Shown here: piece after piece, positions 1 through 15,409 of the stretch | Numbering within the stretch: position 1 is the stretch's first letter | How the letters are laid out: each line of letters opens with the position of its first letter | Assembly: GCA_963575745.1 (NCBI GenBank) | Contig: CAUYUJ010000148.1 | Location: 186,001-250,000, forward strand | Direction of reading: 5' to 3' | Length of the DNA: 64,000 nucleotides | From: Prorocentrum cordatum | Taxonomy: Eukaryota | Notes under the pieces: model-generated | Told to the model about the DNA's origin: nothing | What the model saw: only the letters and a program-made list of their open reading frames with translations | Database searches by the model: none | Position numbers and translations under genes: made by a program

Positions 1-330
1 CATCGTCGACGTCGTCGTCGGCCTCATGCTCAACGATATCACCACTGTATGCATTATCAACATTAGCAACATCATCAATAGCAACATCACCATCGGCATC
101 ACCATCAACATCACTACCACCATCACACACCATCACCATCACCATCGCCATCACCATCATCAACATCAACATCATCATAACAATCACCGTGACCATATCA
201 TCACCATCGTCGCCACCGTCTTCGAACAATCACCATCAACCATCATCATCAACATCGTCATTATCAACACCATCAACATCATCATCATCATCAACATCAT
301 CATCGAAATCACCTGTCATCCTCATGTTCT
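1..330. repeat. Degenerate (CAT/CAC/CAA)n microsatellite tract
   Basis: Runs of catcat/caccat/caacat; this explains the poly-His/Ile/Ser ORFs at 26-389. Confidence 0.95.
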
Positions 331-3300
331 TCATCACGGCTCTCCCAAGCCTGGAGAGACAACGTGTCACATGTGATGGCCTCCCGTGAACCTCGAACAG
401 TCGCTACCCAGAACACTGGGCTGGCACGGTGGCGGGGCGTTTCGCAGGCAGATGGATAGACACAATTCCAAAGATACCAAGATGTTCCAATAGTTTGGGC
501 TGTTAGAATCCCCCCTATCTCTTGTCCTATAGTTTTCACTGAAATCGCCGATGAGTCGTGCCTGTACCTGTTTTTCCCTCCTGAGGGGTCTCCTCCCTCG
601 CGCGGCCCCCGTGCGCGCGCCGCCAGAGCGAAGCCTGGCCAGAGAATCTCAAGGCGAACCAACCACCGCGTTCGAGATACGCCAAAATAAAAGAGATGCC
701 AAGCACCACGTGGAACACGGATGCCTATAATCACCGCGCTACCAGAAGGAATGCATCATAAGGAACGAAGGGGCTGTTTTTCTGGCAACGGCTGACCCAT
801 GCCAAAAAACAGGCTTCACGACAGAACTCTTTGGAACGGCGCGAAACACCGAGGCCCTCCTGAGCCCAAAGCGGTCCGTATTTCAGCCTCTTGCCTGTAT
901 GCCAGCTCGTGCGTCTACGGGCCGACAATGTGGCATGCCACTTTTACGTTTATCTACACATTAGCGATTCGACGGGGTGAGATTCACTGCGGCACATGCG
1001 GGAACAATGAGGCACCTAATGAGGATAAGGCTGCATCTCCTATGAACAACGAACTCGCGTGCATGACACAACACATGCGACGCACAACATGACACAATGG
1101 GACATTTGTCGTGTAGCAGCGTGGTCCAATCTGGAATGATGCCTTACAGGACGAAGCCGCAGGACTGGGAAGAGCAGTGGAAGAACAATGGACAGGACGA
1201 GGATTAGAGGACGAGGAGGGGAGGATGGGGAGGACGTGGAGTGGGATCGCGTGCCCCAAACTTCCGTTCATTCTACCTCACCCCCACAAGGTCCACGCAA
1301 TCACATGAACGTCCTCCCTCTACCTCCCTCTGGTGGCGGTGGGAAACACGAGTGGCCCACGCGGCGGCCGCGCGCGCTCGGGGCGTGGAGGCGTTTGGCG
1401 GCTGCGTGGCGCGCGCACGCGTGGGCGAGAGAAAGGGGGAGCGCTGCCTCGAACTTTGTGGATGCCATGGCAGTGGACACCATAACAGTCCTATGATTGA
1501 GTTAAAAGTGTGGTTAACATGTGTGAACAATGACCTGGAAATGTTTCAAACATGTGCTGTTTACATGTATAGAACACGTCTAAAGCATATGGACTTCATT
1601 TGGCATCATGACTCCTCTCCACTGATCGTCGTCCAGAACTCGAGCTCGACTTCGGTCTGCGGGCCTCGGCGTCGCCCTCCTCGGGGCGGCACGGTGCACC
1701 AGCGGGGCACCGGGAGTCCGCTGGCAGCGCAGCCCCACCACCGTCCCGCTGGGGAAGCGATCGTGCACGTTCGTGCTTCAACAAAGTTGACAGAAGGGGG
1801 AGGGGGAGGGGTAGGAGGAGGAGGAAGAGGAGGAGGAGGAGGAGGATGAGGAAGATGAAGCCTTCTCTGATCGTTTGTTGCGAGAGCTATTTGGAGGAGG
1901 GGGTGTCTGTAGGGCAATACTGCCATCACTATCCAGGAAGAGGGGGACAAGGAGGAGGAAGAGGGGGAGGAGAACGAGGAGGGGGATGGAGACGAGGTAG
2001 AAAGGTGAAGGCGCTTAGGGGATGAGTTCAGTCCTGGCCTCAACAGAGCTGGGCTGGCAGGCTATGTATCCCTGCAATATGATATGTATGCAGGGCCGCC
2101 GACATTCTCGTGACACCCTCGGCCTGCCTAGCGGGCGCCCCCCTCGACCGTAGGCGGGGAAGAGCCACGCAGCAGGGAGCGAGGTTCCTGTCATCGTAAC
2201 CAGATGGGGGGGGCCACGCTGGGGCCTTCGGTTGGCCCGAACGGGCTCCCAGGGGGAGGGGCGCAAGAGAGAGGGAGGCGCGGTGCAGACGTTGCTGCGG
2301 CGGGTGGCCATAGAGGCCGATATCACTGGCTCGTCGTCAGAGCGTCCGAACGGCCTAAGAAGCCCCGAAGATCGCCCCAAGACGGGCCCCATGCCCCCAA
2401 GACGAACCCAAAAGGCCCCCTAGACGGTCCTAACACATACAAACTTTCGGAATTCGAGCCGGCTAATATCCACCCACCAAAGATGGCCCCCCACCGGAGT
2501 CTGGTTTGACAATCTCACAGGGTCTCCGCGAGCACCCCCGAGTCAGCAAGCAGGATTGACCGAAGGCCGCTATACCTCGTCGGCGCATGAGCTGCTACAG
2601 GCTAGTCAAATAGTGTTCGGCAGATCCGTACACATACGAGCATTATCAGCCAACTGCCCAGTAAATTCTGGTGCCTTCTTCGACGTGGCGCCGACGATGC
2701 TTGATGCGCTATGTCTTCGCATCTGCTCTAGGATGTGCTGGTACGGGGAAAACTGCCGAGGGTAACCACAGAAGGCCGTTACAAGACGGCCTCCAATGGG
2801 TTTAATACGTTCTCCCGAGGATCCTAAGCTTAGTGTATCTTGGAAGCGACAAAGAGATTGTTTGTCAATTGTCGTGTTACCACTTCCTTCCGGATTCGGG
2901 GACCAATTGTTTTTCCAGGTCCGTCGCCGTTGTTGGTTCGGTTCTGGCTCGGGCTTCAATCCCTGAGTCGTTTTTGTTTGTTCGTTTCGGCGAACCATCG
3001 CTTTCACCTTGTCAATATCAAAATCAAGATCTTTGGAAACTGCAGCCAAATCCTGCAATGAGGTTTCCAAGAACCACTGAGACCCAAGACGGCCCCAAGA
3101 GAGCCCGCTGGCCCAAGACAACTCCATACAATCCGAACCCAACACCAAAAGAACCTAAGACGGCTACAAGCGGGCCTTTTTGCCCGTCCATCGACAGGCG
3201 GCCCCCTGAGACTATCCAAGACGGCCGCAAAAAAACCATCAGGCTCCCGAGAAGGGAACGGCCAACAACTGGCCAAGCTCATGGCGTGCCCAACTTACGT

Positions 3301-4592
3301 CTGAAATTCGGTGCCGACATCCGCTCTTTTGCGCCCAGCGCCGACGTGCAAAAAACGACGGCCCACCAGAAGCCACCAAAGCCGGGGAGCCCTCGTCTTT
3401 GCCACAGACGCCGGGCTCAGAGTCTGCCTCTGCCACTCTACCTTACGTTCGGACCTGCGTATCTGAGATCTTTCCCGACAGCATCGGAGTTGTAGGATAC
3501 GCCGAACGATGCTACATATGCGCTTTGTTGTTCGACAAGCGGTCGAGATCTGAAATCCCAGACACAGACTGGATAATCATTCAACGATATGCCGAGCCAC
3601 TTGTCATCGGCTTGGCCCCGCAGAAACCGAGCGTCGCCGTCGCCACGGATGAATGCCGCTGTCCTCAGGTAGTACAGGAAGCGCCTCTGGAGCTCGAGAT
3701 GAGATTGCCGGTGAACCTCGCCGTGCCAACACAAAATTGAGAAAATAACGACAAACACTAACACTGCATATGAAAGGCGAACGGGAATCGAACGGAACCG
3801 CTGATGCTGAGACTGACAAGGTTCCGTATCAATAAACTCCGACCAAGCAATCACGAGCACCCAGCGGAACCTGCGCCAACCTGGCGATGCTGGGCCGAAT
3901 CGGAAAGGCACCAGTACGCTGAAGATATGCACCCTGTTGAAAACAACATGAAAGGAAAGAGAGGTCTGGATCCTCAGAAGGTAGAGCCGCGCACGTGCCT
4001 TCAACAAGAATTCTCAAGCATGCAAATCCAAGAATGCCTTGACCTGGGCGTCTCAACCGTTGGGCGCGCGGACAGACAACATCATCTTGCATTGTTTCGA
4101 AGTTTGTCGTGTGTGGTCATGGCGTGCGATGCGCTACACAATTGATTACGCATCGTCTTTGCCAAACAGAGTGTGCTCGGTGCGTGCACATTACTGGTTT
4201 ACGTCACTGATGTATGTAGACAGTTGGTGTTCGCAATGCATGCTCATGATGCCTTTTATAGAGATTGCGCCCACGCAGCGCCCGAGCAAAGGGGGGTCGC
4301 CCCTTAGCTACCCCCCTCTCGTTGGACCTCCCCTGCCAGAAACCCCTCCCGCTTACCATTTTGTCCGCTCCTCGAGAGCTTGCCCCTCTTCTCCCCTCGT
4401 TCGCACTCTGGAAGCGACCCCCCCTCCCCACCACTGAACCTCCCCTGCTCGAAGTCCCCCCCATTTCCCCCTCGTTTCCCTACCCTCCTTGGTTGGGTAT
4501 TCGTTCTGAATTAAAGCACTGCGGTCGCCAATACTCCTCCCGCCTCTCGCCTCTCGCTTTCCTCTTGTCTCCTCTTGTCTTGCGCGTACCTC

Positions 4593-5532
<940 letters not shown>

Positions 5533-6109
5533 CACCAATTCCACTGGCGGGCACATGTACGCCCACGGAGAATTGTCCGCCCGTTCAGGCTTGCCCGCCT
5601 GTCTAAGCCAGCCGCCCCCCGCAAAGAGAAATAATCCCCCCAAAGGGGTGTGATCGACGACAAAACGGGCGGGTATCGAGGGTATGGGGAACTCGTTTTG
5701 AATGGCACGCGGGCAAGTAAGAGCGACCAGTGTTAGACTGATTGGTGTTGTTATTGTTGTTGTTTCTGACCTCCTGTGTTGCCCCCCCTCCGAAGCACAT
5801 CGCGTTTTGCAATTAAAGTTTTGCTTTCGGGGCTCGCACCCAGTTTATCACAATGGAAATTGATGGGGTCACCGTGGCCACCCATGGGGGGCATCCCGTG
5901 CCATCTTGCTGGCTCTTGCGAATCGACGCTAAATGCCGCTAGTTGCGCGCTAACAAGTTGACGCTAAACCGACTCTGAATCTCACCCGCCCTTTGGGCGC
6001 AGGTGGGCTAGCACGTTTCCAGTTCCAACCTTTTTCTTCTCCCTGTTCGGGGGATTTACCCCCCCACCCCTTCCTGGGTCTGGACGCGCCCCCCGCGATG
6101 TGTAAGAGC

Positions 6110-6560
6110 GTCCTGTCTGGCCCAAGATAATTCCAAGAGGGCGTTCGGTAGCCCAAAGGTGGCCTCCAAGATCGCCCAAGATACCTCAAAATCGGTCAAG
6201 ACAGCCTCCGACACGCGTACAAGAGGTTTCAAGACGGCCCCGAGACGGTTTCAAGTGTCCTCCGATCCCTCCAAGGACCCCCCCCCAAAGGCCAAAATCC
6301 GTTAAATATCTAAGGGGGATCAATGTGTTTGGGCCTTCTCGCTTGTTCGCCTCTTATGGGCCCTTGAGGCCTCAAGATGGCCCTAAGACGGACTGAGGTA
6401 GCCCCAAGAGGCACCCAAGAGGAGCGCCCAAGAGCGCCCCAGGAGCGGGCCAGTACGGCCCCAAGACAGCATTGTTGAACCTCCGAGTGGGCGACGGGAA
6501 CTATACCCCCCCGTGGCGCCAAATGGCGCCCCAGAGGGCCCCATGATGGCGCTCAAATGG
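6110..6560 (+). repeat. Degenerate GGCCCCAAGA-type dispersed satellite block
   Basis: Repeated CCAAGA/GGCCC units. Similar blocks lie at about 2340-2500, 3070-3260, 10130-10330, 11075-11600, 13590-14085 and 49960-50320 (+), and 43060-43320, 44880-46130 and 48480-49260 (-). Confidence 0.8.
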
Positions 6561-9500
6561 CATTACGAGTTTTCGAAGAATCCCTCACCACGACATATCC
6601 CCACCGCCTGACTTTTCGTCCGCCTTGTCATCGTCCGGTCCTTCCTTGCTTCTTTCCTGCTGCCTCCCTGCTCCTATTCATCCTCCTCGCGCCGCGTTCC
6701 TCATGCTCCTCCTCCTCCTCCTCCTCCTCCTCCTCCTCCTCCTCCTCCTCCTCCTCCCCGTCCCCCTTACATGGTTGTCCTCCTCTTCCTCCTCCTCCTC
6801 CTCCTCCCCCTCCGCATACCCCCAATATGGTCCTGGGCATCACTAGCACCAGCTGCACCAGCAGTAGCACCAACATCAACACTAGCAGCAGCGGCACCAG
6901 AAACACAAACCACAACGACAACACCAACGATACAATCAGCTACAGCACCACCGACACCCTTCGCTACAAGAGATCTCCCAACTTAATGGTGCTGCCAATT
7001 TCAAAACGCACGCGAGTTGAATCTACAAACCAGTGCAAGAGCTATGATCAAGGATGCCCATCGAAATACATCTCCACTCTGCGCAACACTGGCGTCGGAT
7101 CGTAGATACAGCAACCTCGGCCAGACACGCTCTCCATAGGGAACACCATGGCGCATACTGCACTGATTTCTTCCCTGAACTTCATTGCGCGAAGCTATTT
7201 GTGGTCCTTGTTTTCTGGCCCCAGGGAACTGCCCACCCAGTTTGGACGCTTCCAAAACGGCTGTGCGACCGCGTGCTTGCAGGCGTCCCTGATGAACCAA
7301 GTCACCTGGTAATCGTTTCTGGATCGGCTGGTGGGGATACTTTTTTTGGTCGTGGGCAGACGCGTAAAGCTGTCGCCGAGAGTCACGGGCCAGCCTAATT
7401 AGCTACTGAGCGAGCTGGTGGGGATACGCGAAGCGTGAATAATTACCGCTGTCTCAACGACTACCAGGCGCTAGCACACGCGAATGCACTCGAACGACGG
7501 AGCTACAAGGAATATGTATACATACATATATATATATATAATTCCCATGAGTTGCTACCGAACTGGTGCATGCTGCGGATTGCGACTGCTCGCTACTGCT
7601 CGGATCTGCGCAATGCAACCTGCTTCAACGTACTGCTGCTAACCGCCGTGTGCCGATTGGTTCTGCCAACCTCTTTGGGCCTCTTCGAATATTTCGGGGC
7701 TTCTTGTGTGTGTGTGTGTGTTCGAATCTGTCAAAGCCTCGGAAAGTACCGCTAGCAGAGAGAATACTCACACTGAGTGAGAACTGCATTGCCTGTGCCC
7801 CAAATTGGGAAATATGATACTTGCAATGTTGTCCAACTCCTATCTCCCCTCCTCTCCTCTTCCGTCTCCTCTCTCCTTCCCCCATCCACGAACTTGCACT
7901 GCATTTGCTCCGCTGCGCTAATTCGCGCGCAATCGTCTCTGCCTACGCACTGATGGCGTACAGCTGTTCGTTCGGAAGCCTGTGCAGTCTTGTGGCCGTG
8001 TGCGCCGCTGGAGCTCGCTGATATACTTCAGGGTCCCTCTTTGGGGCCTCTGGGGCCGCCTTGAAGCCTCTCGGGGGTCTGCTGGAGCTATTGTGCTGTC
8101 CGTGGAGGTCTTGGGATGATCTCCCCACATGTTATGTAACGGACACTCAAACTCAGACAGCGTTTGACTAGCGCGCCTCCCAGTGGGCTGCTACAAGGCC
8201 CAAGTAGACGCAAACAGTGAACGCTGCGCACGCTGCCAAAAGCTACTGCGGTATCGGCTTCATGGCCGCTGCGCTTGCGAAACCTTGTACACACAGCATG
8301 TGGCATGCGTCGTACCGACCACACATGTAAGACAGCAGCCCAGAATTGGAGCCTGCAGCGGCGTCCTTGAAGGCAGACACGGCGAACATCACCGACGATC
8401 TCCTCGAGCAACTGTTGATACGATGTGTACGCACTGGCACCGGTCGGGCCTGCACAGCTGCCGCTCACGTCAGCAGAATCACGAGCACTGCTTTGCCAGG
8501 TGAGCTCGCTCCCGCCATGCTTCGCGCTGCCAAGACACTTCGCCTGGCGAAGGGCCTTCTCCCGTGCAGCTGTGTGCGGAGTAGGCGCGCAGAAGCGCAC
8601 TGAGCTCCCTGAGGGGCACGGCCCGCGCGAAGTTCGTGCCGACACGGGCCGTGCGCCGAGAGTAAATTTTGTTCTCAGCCGAAGAGGCGCGCCTCAGGAC
8701 ACATCAGCCGAAGAGGCGCAGACAGTTCTCACAACGGAGGAGCAGCGGAAGTCGCCAGCCGATCTTGCACGTCACACGTGGTTGGCCCTGCCAAAAACCC
8801 GCTGGCGAAGAAGACTGAAACTGGAGCTGGCAGGGGAACCCTGGCTCCCCAGGCCACCCGCTAGTCGAACGACGAACTGGCGGAAGGCTCGAGGGTCAAC
8901 GTCTGGCGGGGACCAGCCCCTTGATCCGCCATGGGACGGAAGGCCAGACACCCCGCTCCCGCTCAGGTCGCTACTGGGAGCGCACTGGGCGCGAGCCTGG
9001 CGCTGCTTCCGCTGGCCACGCCGCTTGGCAACGCTCTTGCTTTAGACTGGTGAGCTGATGAGCAGGCGGTACACGGAAATGGTCGCGATGGCGCCCAACA
9101 AATGCATCCACTCTGGGACCATGGGTGGAGTCTTTAAGACGCGATCCGCGTGAGGCGCTCGCCGGACTGGGCGGGGCGCCGCCATGCGAGTCCCCCAGCT
9201 AGGGCCACGGGTGGAGCGCTCTGTCCGCCACGATCCGCGTATGAGCGCGGTGGCGTCATGCGAGTTCACCCGCTGGCGCCACGGGTGGAAATCCCAGTGC
9301 GCCACGAGCCCAATATGGGTCACAATCCGCGTGAGGAGTGCGCCGAAATGGTAACGGTGGCACCATTGAGTTCCCACGGTGGGGCCATGCATGGAACTCC
9401 CAAGGGACAAGGGACCACGATCCGTGTGAAGGAAGGGCGTGCCGACGCGTGCGTGGTGGCGTCACGCGACACCGCTTGAGTCATAGGTGGCTAATGTGGC

Positions 9501-11074
9501 GCGAAGCATGCGAAGGGCGCGTGGGAATCGGCATACGGACAGAGAGCTTAGGCAGGGAGACGAGGAAAAGGACGGAGCGGGACGAAAGAGGAGACGCGAG
9601 CGGAGCTGCCGATTCAAAATAAGGACCCAACAACGATACATGGAATAAGAGGACATTGCAGTCTCCGACAGGGCACTCTCGAATAACCACCGTCCATACG
9701 ACACATCAGATGCATGACTCAACTCGCACACAACAAAAACAAATGGGACAACTGGCGATAGACGTGATGTGAATAATCTACAACCCCTGTCATATAGCGG
9801 GGGGAGCACGCGCCAGGAGAAGAAGCACAAAGGCGCAATGCATCGAATCTGGCTGCACCGGTACGGAGCCGGAACCGGACCCGATCGGCCGCGCCAGAAC
9901 TCACAACGCAACCCATGCTGGCGGATCGGCCGCATCGAACCCTCGCAGCGCCGGGGTCGAACCGGAGTGATCCCAGGGGCCCCTGCTGGAGCCGTCCTGG
10001 AAGCACCTCTGGCCGTCTTGGAGGCCCTGAGCCTGCCCCAGAAGCCCTAGCTCTTGAGCACATACGCGCTTGCTGTGTGGCCGTCGCAGTCTCTGCTTCT
10101 CGGTCTCACGAAGAGTCCAAGGCAGACAAAAAGGGGGGGGGGCCCCAAGATGGCTCATGACGGCCCCCCCGCGGCACGCAAGAGGGACCGCAAGATGGCC
10201 AGGAGGCCCCAAGGAGGGCCCATCCAGTGGAGTCCGAACTGACATGTGGAGCCGCCCGACCCAAGGTGACCACGAGACCGCAGGCAGGCCCCCGAGAGGC
10301 GCCACGGAGGCGCCGAGGAGGAGAGGGAGGAGGAGGAGAAGGAAGAAGAGGAGAGGCCCCCAGGAGGGTCCCCAGAGGCTCCCGAGTGGCCTCTCGGATG
10401 CGCTCCGCAGACGCTTCCGAAGAGATCACGAAGAGGCCTCTCAGAGGCCTCGTGTCCTCGACCCAAGCACTGCGGCAAGATGGGCCGCCCCCATTTCCGG
10501 GCGTTGGCAGAACTGGGTTCAGAGGGGCCTGATTTAGTGATGTGCAATGAGGGACGCCCCCCCGCCCCGTTCCACTAACCGGAACTGCCGTCACCCGAAA
10601 AGAGACCAGCTACGGCAGACCTGGTTTAATGATTCTGACAAATTTAGGGGCTCCAGGGCCCTACTACGAACTGGGTCCCCTTACCCGGGGTCCCGGCTAT
10701 ACCCGACATTTGAAGGATTGCAGTGGAGGCCAGTCCACAAGAGACCTTCCACAAGAAACCCAAGCCTGAGACACCAGCGCGTCGCTTGCTTTTTGGTGTG
10801 GGAGCGTCACGCCTCCCGCAGCAGAACCGTCGAAGCCCAAGAGCCCCAGGGCACCCTGGAGGCAGGCGGGGTGTGTCTTGGCCTGGGCCTCCACTGCACA
10901 GAAAGGTGCCCCGCTTGGCAGCTCACAGTGGCGGAACCCTTCCGAAAGGCCCCCATCGGGGTCTTGGCCGATCCCGGCACTGGATCCGGCACGGCCAGGA
11001 TCTGCACAGGGCGCGCCGCCGAAGCGGGCGTTCTGCCCGAGGCGTCCGCACAAGATGAAACTCGTGGCATCAAA

Positions 11075-11600
11075 GGCTGCCAGGATGGCCCCAGGATGGT
11101 CTCCAAGACGGCCCCCCCAAGACGCCTCCAGGGCGGCCCAAGAGAGCCCCAAGACGGCCGCAGATGCTCTCCACACGGCCCCAGAAGATGCCGAGACGCC
11201 CCAAGAGGGCTTCAAGAGGACCTCCAGAAGGCCCAAGTCGTTGATGTCCCTGAGGTGTTTCAATGATGCTAGCTTTCTCGCCGTTTCGAACTCCCGACGC
11301 CCCACGATGGCGACACGGGTCCCCAAGATCGGCCCAAGAATGCCCAAGCGGCCCGCAAGATGTCCCAAGCGGGCCCCAAGACGCCAAGAGGCAACCAAGA
11401 CGGCCCCACATACCTCCAAGACTGGCCAAAAGCGCACAAAGAGGGACCCACGACTGCCCAGAGAGGCACCGAAGACGACCTCCGAAAGCGAGGTCCCTTC
11501 GAGGCCCCCAGAGGCGCCCAAGAAGCCCCGAAGATGCCACTCAAAACCCCCCAAAGGGTTTTCAAGAAACCCCCAGGAAGCCCCAAAACGGCCTCAACAT
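11075..11600 (+). repeat. GGCCCCAAGA-type satellite block
   Basis: Dense CCAAGA/CCAGGA repeats of about 10-11 nt. Confidence 0.85.
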
Positions 11601-13589
11601 GCCTCTGCTTCCTTTTCCTCCGTCTCGTCCTGCTTCAACTAAATCTCCTCCTCCATTCTCTTTCTCTTCCGAATGCTCCTCAATTGGTTCCACAACAGCT
11701 GGTGGAACACACGGTCCAATAGCTTGGCCAGGCTTTGGCCAAGCGTTTGGCCGCATTGGCGTTTCCAAAAGGCAGGGGCTGGTGGTGGTTCGCCGTATGT
11801 GCCTTCGATACTGACAACGACCATCAAACTGCAGGGGAAGAAGACACGACCATCCAACATGACGGAGACCCGAAGAAGAGGAATCGAAACAAAACAAGAG
11901 CCGGCATGTCCTTCGTACCATATCCCACTTCTCCTGGCAGGCTCGCAGCACAGGCAAACCCAACTGTCTCCAAGGCCGCCCACGGCAACAACGCAACGAA
12001 CGACCGACCGAACCTGCAGCGGAACCGAAATCGACCGAAACTGGCAAGCCGCAAGCATCCTAAACGGGCGCAGCGTCAACGGCACAACAAACGAAGAACC
12101 GAACCGAATCGGCCGAATGCAACCGACTGCGGCGCAACCGATCCGACCGAACCACGGGCACTCTTAAGTCTCCCTTCGCACGCCACCCGCTGCACTCGCG
12201 GTCGACACGTGTTGGCGACAGCAGATGTCCGGCGTCTGGGCGCGCGGCGTGTGGCATCTCGCCCTGATCAACATGTGCTTGGCAGGAGCTGGCAACATCG
12301 GACCGGGGAATCTGATCGAATCAGCATGTGCGTCGGAGCGGGCTGCAACAGCATGGAACCGACATCGAATCGGATCGGCCGCGTCAGGATGCAAAACAAA
12401 AGCATGCTAACATCGGGCCGCATCGGATCGTCCGAGCATCGGCATCGAACCGGAGCGACCCAGCCGAAACCGATGTATCGAATCGGATCGGTCGGGTCGT
12501 AGTTGACCCTGGCTTGGCGGTGAGCAAATGGGCGTAGGGGGAGTGGGGTTGCCTTCTTAGATTGCAAACATAAAAAACACCATAAACAGAAACTGTTGGC
12601 GCTCCGCGAGAATCCAAGAAATCCGCGCGGAGCGTCGAACATTTTTATGTATGGTGTTTTTCTTCTTCGAGGTCGAGCGAGGGGGTGGCCCTCTTCTTCG
12701 AAGACATATTGAGTTTAACCGATCCCCATCCCCAGCGGCGCAGCCTGGGCCCCACTGGCCGATTTACCCCCCTAGATGGGGACATAGGTCGTTCCCTTTC
12801 GGGCTTCGAGGTGTGTATCCCCAACTGGGGGGTAATTTGGTTGGGGTCTCGAATGGGATGAGGATGGGAATGGGGATCGGTTAGACTATACTGACAGATG
12901 GGTTCTTAGAACCACTCCGCCCAAGCTTACTCCGCTGGCCACCGCCGCGCCCCCCGCATCGCTGAGCGCCGCGCTGCCGGCGGACGGACATCCGGCCTCC
13001 TCCAGGCGGTAACGTGTCAGTACAGAGCGTCCGTAAAACGTTGCCGACAGGCGTTATGCGCAATTCTGGGGGGCAGCAGCACGGTAGGATGACGAATAAA
13101 CCAAAATCATCAGATAATCCAGCAGGTAGTTTTCTGCCGCTGGATGAGATTTCGGAGCGAGCGATCAAATAATCTCGATGCCGACGGCGACGCCATGGAG
13201 CAGGCCTGGAACCCAGTGTCTTCACGATCTTCCAAGAAATCCTCCAGGAGACCAAATTTGGCTCGCTCGTCGGGTCGAGGTGAATCAAGCCTGGTCGTAA
13301 TCGAGGTCGTAATCGAAGTCGAAGAAATCGGGGGCGGCCAAGAGGGGGGCGTCCAAGAGGGGGGGGCGCAAATGATGGCCGGCGGCATGTGCGCGGCCCA
13401 AAGGAGGGACGTAAAGAAATAAGAAGAGGCACCGTGAAATCTGAGATATATCATGGCGTCCCCGAACAAAAAAAAACCATCCATTCGATCCTTCCCCAAC
13501 GGGGGGGGGTCCCAAGTCAGAATACGGTCCCCCCCCCCCTCCCCTCTCCGGGTCGCCTTCGAGCAGGTTCGGCCGTCTTTCGCCAATTC

Positions 13590-14085
13590 TGAAGTCCGAG
13601 ATAATCCAAGAAAGGCCTCAAATCGCCACAGAGCGCTTCAGGACTGCCCAAGATGCCCTAAAGACGGCCCCCGGACAAAAACTCAACTGCCACAAGAGGG
13701 CTCCAAAAATGCCCGAAAGAGAGCTCCAAGACGCAATCATCATGATGGGATTATTGGTCTTTGGTGCGTCCGATGGCCCAAGAAGGCCCAAGCGGTCCCC
13801 GAGATCGCCCCAAGACGGTCCAGGGGACCACTAAGAAGGCCACCAAAGGGCGCGAGAAAGCCTCAAGAGATCCCCAAGATGGCCCCAGGACGCCCTCAAG
13901 AGGGGCTCGAGAAGGGGATCAGTTCTTGACACTCCGAGCCCTCCGCCCCTATATCACCTCCGAGCCAGCCAAGAGGGCCCCAAGAGATCCCCCCAAGAGG
14001 CCCAAAAGAGGCCCAAAAAAGGCTGCAGTATCGCCTCCAATGAGAAAGCCCCCGCGTGGCCTCCCAAGAGACCCACAACCCAGGC
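13590..14085 (+). repeat. GGCCCCAAGA-type satellite block
   Basis: Same degenerate unit; it ends about 50 bp before the spliced leader. Confidence 0.85.
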
Positions 14086-14133
14086 GCGGTGGCGCACGGG
14101 GCATGGGGCCACTAAATTTATTCCTCCTGGATC

Positions 14134-14155
14134 TCCGTAGCCATTTTGGCTCAAG
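14134..14155 (+). other. Perfect genomic copy of the dinoflagellate spliced leader (DinoSL), followed by a 7-nt SL remnant GCTCAAG (14156-14162)
   Basis: TCCGTAGCCATTTTGGCTCAAG is a 22/22 match to DCCGTAGCCATTTTGGCTCAAG. It is not followed by the GT donor of an SL RNA gene. Confidence 0.97.
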
Positions 14156-15409
14156 GCTCAAGCATCGCCCGCTCGAATCGATCTGTCCGCGGAGAGCTTT
14201 GGCGGACAGATCGCCCGCTCTCGCCGAGACCTTGAAGATGCCACTCGGCCTTTGCTAACGAAAATCGGCAAGATCGGCGACGAGCTCGATGAAGCACACA
14301 TTCGTACGGTCAACGAGGAGAACACGATGAACCAGCACATCGAAAAGTCCGAACAACAATAGGCATCTCTGGCACCTAATACCCAGAGGTCTCAGTCAAC
14401 AGCTACGCAAGAATACAAATGCAAACGCTTAACAATGTAAGGGTAAACGTGCTATTAGCGCGGGCACCAACAACATTATCAAATTCGACTCCATCGAAAC
14501 GGCATGCACATACATCCGAGAACAAATATCCTCAATGCAAAGCCAACTCACGAACCATATGTACGCAAAAGGGAAGCGTTAAGACATATCATTTGTGGAG
14601 GTTGACCGCGTGTTCGACCGAGAACGGCGGTTGCTCATTTACGCAACGGTGGCCTCAAACGTGAGAGTAAGCTTGTCTGGGCAGCTTAAGACAGAGAACC
14701 AGCTGACCGTGCTGCCCGTAACTATTGTTTTGGGGTGATATTTTGACTCAAAGACGAATTGCAGATTACATACACGATCCGAGTCTCAGAAGAAGCGACA
14801 TATACATAGAAACTGATGGGCAATTGGCTTCAAAGGTATACGCGCATGACATGGCAACTGAAACGGTTAGGGTACTTGGAAGTCTGGATGCGATCAGCAA
14901 AACCACCAGAAACTTGCAGAGTTGTAAACACAATGCGATAGAATATTTCATTGATCAGCTCAGGGCACAAACGGCGGAGCAAAAGAAAAACTCCAAAGGC
15001 AAAACTTGAAAATAGGATGCACGGCAGGCACTGGCTGCACCTACCACATGGATTTATCCGTCCAATGCCGGACCCGACGCGAGAGCCTCAGACATTCCAG
15101 GTGGTACCCTAGCTTCTGTTTGACTCAAGATTGGCACTCACGAGGTGGACGCGGAGCCAGACGTTGACAACGCACCCAGTGATGCCACTTTTCTGGCTAT
15201 TCGGCCAAAACTTGCCGATCTGACTTCTGACCTTCCTTGTTTCGACCGACCAGGCGAAGGCAAACTTCCCGCGACCAATCATGGCAATGGCCACGCACCC
15301 GGGCAGAGCACAGATACCTACGCCCCGCAAAGATACCAACGCCCGAATTGCTTAACCACCTCCTGCTCCATCAACTTCTACAAGCAGTCCTTCTCCACGA
15401 GCGGGAGCA

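Noticed and set aside
2556..4200. Non-repetitive, lower-GC stretch with 110-220 aa ORFs on both strands
   Set aside because: I recognise no motif in the frames I read; it could be an old insertion, but I cannot support a call.
14134..14200. Functional SL RNA gene
   Set aside because: The SL is followed by GCTCAAG rather than a GT donor and SL intron, and I see no adjacent 5S gene or SL RNA gene repeat.
15115..15129. Additional SL relic TCTGTTTGACTCAAG (11/15)
   Set aside because: It is isolated, internal to the LINE and not in register with another SL, so it is compatible with chance.
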